Shown in pieces: positions 53,534 to 64,000 of a stretch of DNA of 64,000 nt. Source of the DNA: Cycas panzhihuaensis (Eukaryota > Plantae > Cycadophyta). Position numbers and translations under genes: made by a program. The DNA lies in the NCBI GenBank assembly GCA_023213395.1, contig CM041465.1:149179741-149243740 (forward strand), read 5' to 3'. The notes beneath the pieces are model-generated. The model saw only the letters and a program-made list of their open reading frames with translations. It made no database searches and was not told where the DNA came from. Numbering within the stretch: position 1 is the stretch's first letter; the number at the start of each line of letters is the position of its first letter.

Positions 53534-56400
53534 CATACACAAAATATGGTGGAAAAGTTATCTTACTCATCAAGGCCCTCTAAAATTTGAAAGGCAAAGT
53601 GGGCTAAAATTAGATCAAGGTTACATTAGGTCCTTAAAGAGGGAGATAAGTGCTCCATATTCTTCTTTTAATCTCTTACATTCAACCAAAATAAAGAAAA
53701 TATTAATAACTACCAGGTAGGACATATTTGAGGAACTCGTCAACCATTTTTCTCTAGTGCTTAAAGCCAAAACTAAGAATTTAAAGGTGGTGAATACCAA
53801 AAAGGCATGTCTATCAGTTATCTCAATATAAGTCCAAGATACTAGGAGAGTTATGTATGATGCCCCAACCAAACTAAAAGAGTTGATAGAAGTTATGCAC
53901 ATGATGGATAATGATAAATCTTTAGGTCTAGATGGATTACCCTATGAATTCTATAAGGCTACTCAAGATATTATAAGGCTTATTCTTCTTAAATTGTATA
54001 AGAAAGTCATCTAAATAAGGTCCCTTAGGGAAGCTATCAAATAAGGTTCTATGAAGTTCATCCCTGAAGGTGGAGAGTTAGAGCCAATTTTTAACTGGAG
54101 ACCTATCATCCCATTGAATATTTCATCTAAGATCCTAGTAAATGATTTAACCTTTAAAATTAAGGGTCTACTAATGGATATCACTAGGCTTGAGTAAATA
54201 AATTACATCAAAGGTAGGTTCATTCTAGATAATATTTTAGGTGTTGTTAAAGGCATGGAATAAGTTATATCAATAAGGTAGGGCACCTTGTTTATGAAAC
54301 TAGACTTTGAAAGCATATGACTAAGTGAAATGGGGATATATTTTAGATGTTATAGGGGCCTTGGGATTTGGTGATAAGTTTTTGAGAATGGTGAATACTC
54401 CTTTTGAGGATGCCTCAACTAAAATTCTTGTGAATTAGACCTTGTCCTAAATAATACAACTTTAGAGGTCCAATTAATAAGGTTGCATGCTTGCCCTATC
54501 ACTCTTTATGATTGTTGTTGATATGTTAGGATATTTACTTCAAAAGAAGAATGAATTTTGGCTACTTAGAGGCATGACCTTTCTAGCGGAGAGAAGTAAT
54601 TAGTAGGAACACCTTGTAAATGATACATTCTATACCATTGAGGTAAAGGCCTTACCATTTAGCCACATGTTAAAAGAAACATATATCTTTTATGAAGTCT
54701 TAGGGTCTAGAATCAATCTAAGGCTTCCTACTACTTATAACTAACAACTATTATACCATATTGGATTTCTTCTTATAAATGAAAATGGATCAATCTAGGA
54801 GAAGTCTTCAAGTTTCTTAGCATCCCCTTCGACTTCAAGGCATTCCTCATTAAAATGTGGGACTATGTACTAATACTAGTGGAAAAAGAAATTATCTCAT
54901 GGTCATCCAAATTTCTTTCTCTTGTATGGAAGTTTCAATTATATTCCAAAGTCCTTATAGCTACCCATATATACTATTCCTCGTGTTGAATGTTATCTAA
55001 TATAACTTATGATAGGTTTATTAGGATGCTCAAAGTTTACCTTTAATTGAACCTTAAAGAAAAAGGAGGACTAAGCCTTATCAATTAATAGACCTATTAT
55101 AAGCCTAAGCATCAAGGAGGATTGAGCCTTATCAACATCAAACTTTAAGATTAAGCATTGTGTACCAAATGGATAGTCCAAGTTATTAATGGAGATGAGC
55201 CCACAAAAAATTTAGTTATACATAACATAGCACAAGTAACGCCATGTGACAAGCATAGGTTTATACTTTCTATGCATCAATCTCTTATCATACCTATACA
55301 AGTCAAGGTCGTAGGATCACCTCTTTTTAAATCCATTTGGGTAAGGATGGGAAAGCTACAAGGGTTTGTTAAGCTAGAGGAGTAGTGAACCATGAAAAGG
55401 ATTATCCTTTCTAGATCATTCAATTTGGTGGTCATCGCTATTAAAATAAAATAATAGATAATTGGGTTAAATCTAATGGTTTGAAGTAAAATGGGTTTAT
55501 AAGAAACAACTCACCAAAGTAGGGTAGTTATTCGATAAGACCTAAGCATGGTGGAAGAAGTGGTTAGATTGTAAGTGGGAATTGAACCTTAAAAGTACTA
55601 ATAAATACATCATAGAGGAGATCTAGAATTAGTTCCCAACATAATTAATTCTAAATAAATGGGTTTATAAGAAACAACTCACCAAAGTAGGGTAGTTATT
55701 TGATAAGACCTAAGCATGGTGGAAAACGTGGTTAGATTGTAAGTGGGAATTGAACCTTAAAAGTACTAATAAATACATCATAGAGGAGATCTAGAATTAG
55801 TTCCCAACATAATTAATTCTAAATCTAACCATGATGGGGAGTAATCAATGGTGGTATAACTAGACTTGGAACCACTCAAATCCATTTAAACACTTTACAA
55901 CATCACATGTATATTGCCACCTTATAGAGAAGGAAGGTATGGCTTCCAAACCAAATTCCATATAGAAGTTAATTATATTGAACTAACATGGAATTAATAG
56001 TTTGAGAGACTTTGGAATGCCTCATAAAACTAAGAAAATTATTCTTTGGTTGATCCCTGATACATGGGTGATTAGTTATCAAAGATCAGCTTGCTAAATT
56101 GGGTCATACTAATGTGGCATGCACCTTGTATCCTTAGAGAGATGTTAATCCACTTATTTTGGTGGTGTCCTTTTGCTCAGTTAACCTAAATCTTAGTTAG
56201 TAGATTCCTTATGCCAACCACCTTTGATCCCCTTATATAGCACATGACCATTCTAAGTAATACCAAACCTCTTCTTATCTCCCAGTATCCATCTTGGGAA
56301 CTATTGAGAATAGAAATGCTTTACACTAAATGGAAATTTTGTAATAATATGTATTTTTAACATAAAGAAACCACTTATACTTTCTTAATTGAAATGTTTC
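53534..56400 (+). mobile_element. Heavily decayed LINE G (L1 clade, different family); RT to zf-RVT region
   Basis: Degenerate GDKCSIFF, DKSLGLDGLPYEFYK, NWRPI, KGRFILDN, KLDFE.AYD and HLFWWCP motifs. Ends and TSD are not resolved. Confidence 0.8.
55489..55824. repeat. 168 bp tandem duplication, two copies
   Basis: 55489-55656 and 55657-55824 differ at 3 positions by eye. Confidence 0.95.
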
Positions 56401-56683
56401 TAATAGTTCTCTAATCTTATGCATTATAGATTAACACATAAGCACATAAGGTTTGTATTAAATTTAGCTATATACTCAAGCTTATTAAACTTTAGGGCTT
56501 GGCTTTTAGCAGCATATCATAGGTACCTATAAAATAACCAAACTCAAAGCTATCTAAACCGTGGCACAACTGATCCAAGGGTTAAAGTTCGTTAAAATAC
56601 ATTTACCATTTCATACAACATCCACACTACTCGACCTTTTGGTTGACCAACTCAAGATCTTTAGAGTGGACCATATAGTTGGT

Positions 56684-59600
56684 TGTTAAGGATCCATTGT
56701 ATTATATTGACATAATATTTGTATATAGTTTGTATTAAGAGTTTCTTTATTATAAAAGAGTTTAGTCACAACTTAATATTATGAACCTAGGTATGTGGAG
56801 GCTCATTTGCTCTTAATATTTAATTGTTATAAAGTTGGTTTAATCATGTAAGGTTCCAATTGTTATCTTGCATGATCTTATATTTAATATTCTCAACATG
56901 TATTAAAACAACCTCTTTTATTCTTTATATGAAGCTTTTTCCATATAATCTTTATTATGTTATATACTTTTGATGTTATGAGTTAATACAAATAATTTTA
57001 CATTAGAGCATTCATGTGGAATTTAATTGCTTCGTGTGTTTACTCATTAAATGCTTTATGGATATGCATAAATCTTGAACCTAGACTGAAACCAAGTAGA
57101 CCTCTCCCCTTTCACTTGGTATCAGAGCCAAGTTTCTAGTCTATCTATTTAGCCTCTCTCTATGATGTAGTTACTATCAATTGTTGCATTCATTGTTAAC
57201 TGAACTAAAGAAAGTAGATATGCCTCTATTGTTTCAAATTTATTAATCAAATCAAATAGCTTCTAAATGAAGAATTATACTTCATGAAGAATATAAAAAA
57301 CCATCACTACTTTTTATATATATCATTAAATGTATCTTGATTAAATTTTAAAAAAATCTAGTTTCCTCCATGGCTACATTCTTGGCATGAATTTTATCCT
57401 CTTCTTTCTATCTTGGGGCTATATTATTTTCTATGGATCATACCTAAAGTTATCTATTATGTTGGTTATTATTTTTTTATGATTGTTGTCTTTACATGGT
57501 TGTGTTTGATCCATAGCATCGATCTCTATGTAGGTTCCATTGTGGCATCTTAGTGTGGCTCTATGAGAGATCTATTTTCCTTTTATCACACTATTTAATT
57601 TCTATGATCTATCTATTGTCTCTCATCATGATGATCTCTATGTTTTTCATATGGCTATTATATGTCATGCGTGACCCTGTGTAGTCCTTACGTGCATCTA
57701 CTAGCCCATCTATTAGCATCCCTATGTAGTTGCTCCATCCTTTATCTTAGAGTGTTGCAGGGCATTGATCTCTACATAAAGATGGTAAAGATAATTCTTA
57801 AGGTAAATGTAGTAGCAAACAAAGAGATTTTCTGCTCTAATCTCACCAATATGTAGTAAACTGAGGATTTGCACAATGTTATTAACTTCAACTAATTCCT
57901 ACACATTATTGGACTATGAAAACTATTTTATATGACTACTCATTTTGACCCTAGCAGAGTCATCTTCATAATGGAGAAGACAGAATGAGATATCATCACT
58001 TATATAGAGAGAATTAGTTTCTAATATCCAAATTATGTCATCATTTTTAAAATTCCTACCATTTAATTTATTATTTTATAAAGTTTAAAAACTTTGATTA
58101 TTAGATTAGTATATTCATAGAATATTCCATATTTGATAAAGGTCCTTAACTTAAAGTTTCTTTTTTTTATCATTTTAAAATCATTTTTGAGTTTTTTAAG
58201 GCCTATTTTTTAATCTATTTTAGGCAAATTTTTAATTTTTTAAGTTTTTTTTCTTATTATTTAAAATATAAAATTTAATCCTTTAATCATAAAATCTTTT
58301 AAAAATTAATAAAAAACATTAAGAAAGATAATACCTAACTAAACCACCTAATTATCAACCTTTTAAGGGGAATGATTAGAACCTCTCAAATTACTACTCT
58401 ACACATGTTAGTGGACTAATGATGTATACAATACTTTCATTCTCGATGTAAATGCTACATAGTTAGTTTTCATCCTTTAAGGACTACGAGTGTCTTTCTT
58501 AAATTCTACAAATATTAGAGAAGCCCCTTAGCTATCAGGTGTATTGAGTGGTAGGATAAAGTGTATACCTAAAACCTTAGAGTTTAGACACTAGGCTAGA
58601 ACTAGAGGGGGTGAGTTCTTTAGTTATAAATGTTCTCTTAGACGTAAATCTATCATTCAAGGTATAAATCTAATATAGGTGGGTCAATGGTGTTAGGGTG
58701 TAGTCAAGCATTCTATAGAATCTACATACCTTTAGGTATATTGGGTCCCTAAGCTACTACTTATGAGAAGGTATGACATGAGATAGAATTGTCTCAACTA
58801 CCAGGGGTTATTAGGATTGGAGATACTGAGACATAGATCCTAAATTAGATTATCCTTCTAGGTAGATAGGATGCATATCAGACATCATGGAACTTCAAAT
58901 GATTACAATTAATACTATTAAACTATCTAGTAATGCTAATTTATTGGCTTAGAATAAACATACCAAGGACATATTGATACTAAACAAACTTTGCCCTTAT
59001 GTTTCTAGAAAAATACCTAAGCCGATTCTTATTTAAGATCCTAATGATCTTATAACCTCATTCCTCTTAATCCTTATATTGTAGCTACCTTTGATGAGTT
59101 TGATGAAGTTGTCCTTTCTTTTTTATAACTGTCCTATGAGGATAATATCAACCAGAATATTGAACTTACCCCTACCTCCGTAAACACTTAGAATATCATA
59201 TGTACACTCTGTGAGAGGAAAGACACTGCCAAGGAAATTATGCTCAAAATCCTACTTTACTCCATTCCATTTATAGGATCTATGGCAACTCATTTGTCCC
59301 AAATTAAGATGATTAAGAACTAATTGACATAGATGGGCCAACTGCTAGAGGACAATGACCTTGTGTCTTATATAGTTAATATTTTTCCACTTGGTTATAA
59401 CTCCTTCATATCTAATTTGTCACATATAAATTGACTTGCTACTATTGATTTCAATATATTTGAGGGTTTACTACTCTAAGAAGTATATATTCTAAATCAT
59501 TAATGGAATCTAAGTGCTTCCTCTTTCACAGTAGCATTTATATCCCAATATAAAGGGAGATAACAATGTCTATAATTGACACATTAGTTTGGTTTGATGA

Positions 59601-62600
59601 ACTTGAACAAGTAGCTATATCATCCACATTAGCCCTAAATACCTTATAATCCTCAAGTTGTTTATCACTATTATGGAAAACCTAGATATATAACACCTAA
59701 CTACAAGAAAAAGAGAGCTAATCTTTAGTAACAATAGTTTCAAAATTGCCCTACTATACAAGGTAATCAAAATTATGAATGTAGAAATTATTAGGGATAA
59801 TAGAGATAGAACCAACCAAATGATTAGGGACTAAGGAGACAAAATCAAACACTAAGAAGAACTAATATAATAGGAATTTCAACTAGATATAGAATCAAGG
59901 AGGCCACATTATTAACTCTCAAAATATTTTCTTTGCTGCTTTACCAATTCATCATTCTGATATTTCCTAGTTGATTAATTCAGGTGCCTCTTAATATATG
60001 ACTAGTTCAAAAGAATTCCTTAGTGATACAAGACTAATTCAAGATCACTCTATCACTTTTGAAGATGATAGTACTCTAAAGATTGCTAATATTAGTAATA
60101 TCCCTATCTCATTAAAGAATTTAGATACTTCACATCATCTCAATAATGTTTTCTATGTACTTAGTATGACACATAACATATTATCAGTTTGCCAAATAAA
60201 TAAATAAAGCTTTAATGTTTTATTTATCCATCTTAGAAAATGCCTAATTATAGATCTAAATGGTAACTTAATTGCCTTAGAATATGAAGATTAAGAATTC
60301 CATAAGCTTGTTACTATAACTAGAAAATTGATCCATTCACATGAATTTGGTTCTTATAGTAATACAACTTCCATTTCTAATACTTTTACTTTAACATCAA
60401 ATTCATATGATTAATTTGCTTTGAAGGCACACGTTTCTCCTAAAATTCTAAAGGACTAGTTATGGTATTAAGACCTAGGTCACTTAAACATAAACAACCT
60501 TTATTTGCTTTATAAATTGAATATGGTGCATGTCATATCAAACATAAAGTAGACTAAATATATGTGTGAGGTATATGTTATAGACAAACATCATCGATCT
60601 CCTTTTAGGTCAAATGGAAGATCCTATAATGCTAAGGAACCTTTAGGCCTAGTACATTCAGACATTTATAAGCCTATGTCTTAGGCATCCTTTAGAGGTC
60701 ATCATTATTTTATCACATTTATTAATGACTACTCCAAAACATTGTGGGTATATTTCCTAAAGTAGAAATTAGAAGCCTTTGATAAATTCAAAGAGTTTAA
60801 GTGTGGTGCTAAACTTGAATCTAAACAGCCACTAAAAATCCTTTATTATGATAATAGAGGTAGATACACATCAAATGAGTTCACCCAATTATGTAATGAT
60901 AATGATATTAAATGATAATTTCCTACCCCATACACCCCTCATTAAAATGGAGTTGCTAAGAGAATGAATTCAAGCTTGGTTAGCAAAGACAAAGCCATGC
61001 TTGCTGCCAAGAATTTAGGACTTCAATTCTAGGTTAAAGCCCTTCATACAATAGTATATCTCATAAGCAAAAGTCCAACCAATGCAATATTAAACATTTC
61101 TCTTGAGGAGGCCTAGTTAGGTCAAAATCCTATGGTCTCACATTTGTGTACATTTGGTTGTATAGTGTACATACTCATACCAAAAGAATAAAGGAAAATG
61201 GTAGATGATAAGAGTAGGAAATATATCTTTATTGGTTATCAACCTAGCTATAAAGCATATAAATTGTATGATCCTACCACTAAGCAAATGCATACATATC
61301 AAGATGTTATTTTCTCAAAAGAGAACCAAGATTTAGATATCACAAAGATTTCATTATGTAATAATTAGTATGATAAAGCACTTGTTACTCCTCTTAGTCC
61401 ATAAAATATTCTTGCAGAACACATGCCTCTTGTATCAATATATACTCCTAGTACATCATCTATTCCACTTGCCTCTACATCTGTATCTACTCATATTAGT
61501 CCTTTAAAAGATATTCAGGATGAGGGCACTTCAAAATGATTGCCTAAATGATACATGTATATAATCTCTTCTACTCCTTCACCACCATAACAAGCAAAGA
61601 GGTAATTGAGATACAAATCATCCATTAACTTCACCTTAATGGCATTAATGTTATTAACTCCTAAACCCTACACTTTTAAGAAAGCTATTGTAGATAAAAA
61701 ATTACAAGCAATAATGAATGAAGAAATGGATTCTATCCTATAAAATGATACTTGGGAGCTTGTTGAGTTACTTGAAGGGAACAAACCTATTAATTATAGA
61801 TGGATTTACAAAATAAAATTTTATGCAAATGGCTCCATTTAGTGACATAAAATATGTTTGGTTTCCAAAGGTTTCAAATAGGTTAAAGGTTTTGATTATG
61901 ATGACATATTTATACTAGTTGCTAACATGACCACTTTTAGGCTTATTTTGGAACTTATAGATTAATTTAATTAGTCTATTTACCATATTGATATAAAAAT
62001 CACCTTCTTAAATAGTGACTTGTAGGAGGAAATATACATAAATTAGCCTCTTAGCTTTGTTGTTCCTAGAAAAGAATGTCTAGTCTACAAACTGCAAAAG
62101 TGATTATATAGCCTTAAGCAATCACCTCTAGCTTAGTATGTGAAGATTGATGAATACTTTTAGAAGCATAGACTTATTCTCTCATATTTAGATCTAAATA
62201 TATATATCAAAACCCACAATGCTTTGATCATTCTAATTTTACTTTATATTGATGATTTAATGATAACTGGTAATGATATAGAGTGGATTACACATCTCTC
62301 AGGAGAATTGAACAATAACTTTGAGATAACTAACCTTAGGTTGCTTCAATATTTTCTTAGAATGGAAGTCTGGCATGATCCAAGCCATATTTTCCTTTCA
62401 CAGTTGAAATATACAAAGGAGATTCTTCAAAAATTTAGGATAGATGAATATAAACCATCGCCAACTCCTATGGAGATAAGTCTAAAATTGGACATTATTG
62501 GGCATGGAAAACCTGTGGATCCTATATTGTAGAGGCAACTTGTGGGGAAATTAATTTACCTCACCCATACTTAATTTGGCATTGCCTATGTTACTAGGAT

Positions 62601-63650
62601 CTATTTTAGGTTCATGACATAGCTTAAGATTTCATATTAAAAAGTAGTAATTATGTTCCTGAGATATCTTTAGAGCACTCTTCAGTTTGGACTTGATTAT
62701 TGTCATGTGAAAAATCCTTTGTTGACATGTTATACTGATGCAGATTAGGTTAGATATAAAGATAGTTATAGATTAACCCTAGACTATTGTTTTAACCTCG
62801 ATTTTGCTTTAGTTTCATGGTGTTACAAAGAGTAGGCTAATATCATTCTATATTCAACTAAAGCTAAGTATAAATCCATTGATAATGTAATTGTTGAGGC
62901 TATCTAGCTTAAGAGGATTCTTGAAGAGCTTAAAATTAGTCAAACACATGCTACATCACTATTTTGTGATAATCAAAGTGTTCTCAAATTAAACAAGAAT
63001 TTGGTGTTCCATGTTATAACTAAACACATTGAGATTCACCATAACTTCATTGGGGAGCATGTACAGGATCGTGAGATAGATTTGATCTATAAGCCTACTG
63101 ATGATCATATTATAAATATCTTTACAAAAGAACTCTCTCGTGATAAATTAGAAAGGTTTCATCTTGAATTTGATGTTAGAATTAATGAACTCATCATTAA
63201 GGGAGGGTGATAGAAGAATTAATAATATATTTCAATAATTCATTAAGGATCCACTATATTATATTGATGTAATATTTGTATATAATTTGTATTTATGCTT
63301 CTTTATCATAAAAGGGTTTAGTCATAACTTAATGTTATGAACCTAGGTATGTGTGGGTTTATTTACTCTCAATGTAAAGTTTGTTTAGTGCTAACTATCA
63401 CCTTGCATGATCTTATATTTAATATTCTCAATATGTATTGTAATAGCCTTTTTTGTTCTTTATGCAATGCTTTTTCCATGTAATCTTTATTATGTTATAT
63501 ACTTTTGATATTATAAGTTAATACAAGTAATTTTACATTGGAGCATTTGTGAGGAATTCAATTGCTTCATGTGTTTATTTATTAAATGCTTTATGGGTGT
63601 GCATGTGTCTTGAACCTAGGCTAAAACTAGGTAGACCTCTTTGCCTTTCA
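56684..63650 (+). mobile_element. Ty1/copia retrotransposon H, heavily decayed and related to E
   Basis: 5' LTR ~56684-57114 (left end uncertain), PBS tggtatcagagcc 57117-57129, PPT aagggaggg 63199-63207, 3' LTR 63208-63650. No TSD was found. Confidence 0.9.
58887..63207 (+). pseudogene. Copia H gag-pol remnant
   Basis: RT LLYIDDLMITG, RNase H YTDAD and TKHIEIHHNFI, and integrase LVHSDI/FINDYS. Many TGG>TAG and CAA>TAA stops. Confidence 0.9.
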
Positions 63651-64000
63651 ATGAGGAACTCCATGACAAGGGTGATAATTATTAGAATAACCTTATTCCC
63701 CTTGTTGGAGGTGGGTGGAAGGAAATATAACCTAGTATAGCCTAGACCTAGTCTTATTAGAATATGTGTTAATGTTTTAATGGGCTTTTTTATTATACTT
63801 ATTACTCATCCATAAGATGGTAGGGATGTCATTCTCTCCCTAATTTTTCTTTTTTTTTTTAACAACATGTACATAATATTTTCTATTTAATAAAGCACCT
63901 ATTTTTAATAGGAGAAAAAAACCACTTGCATCTCCCATCAATATCTCTCTTTACATAAAAGAGTTATCTTAGCTAAGCATTCCAGCTTATGATCTCTTTA

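Noticed and set aside
55489-55824. Direct repeat considered as a CRISPR array or TRIM
   Set aside because: The two copies are adjacent, with no spacer, PBS, PPT or TG..CA ends.

Overview
This 64 kb window is AT-rich plant heterochromatin, probably from a gymnosperm (inferred from the Tat domain order). It is almost entirely nested, decayed retrotransposons, and I found no intact host gene, RNA gene or CRISPR array. Target-site duplications (TSDs), LTR pairs, primer-binding sites (PBS) and polypurine tracts (PPT) let me reconstruct the nesting. (A) A minus-strand Ty1/copia (771-14345) carries (B) a plus-strand copia (2840-8794) in its RT, and A itself sits inside the 3' LTR of an older element. 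An old solo LTR probably lies at 17005-19623. (D) A minus-strand Ty3/gypsy Tat element (~20066-53533) has ~1.84 kb LTRs and the order PR-aRH-RT-RH-IN. D hosts four insertions: (C) a pol-less, gag-only element (20248-24608), an LTR+PBS remnant (27370-27711), a 5'-truncated L1 (28028-29707) and (E) a copia (36200-52809). E hosts two solo LTRs and a near full-length L1 with an RNase H domain (46295-52491). Further right are a decayed second LINE (G, 53534-~56400) with a near-identical 168 bp tandem duplication and (H) a copia related to E (~56684-63650). I found no wholly new system. The most notable items are the gag-only element, the aRH-before-RT Tat element and a one-sided, CpA-biased C>T decay in the LTRs of A. 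All alignments and counts were done by eye.
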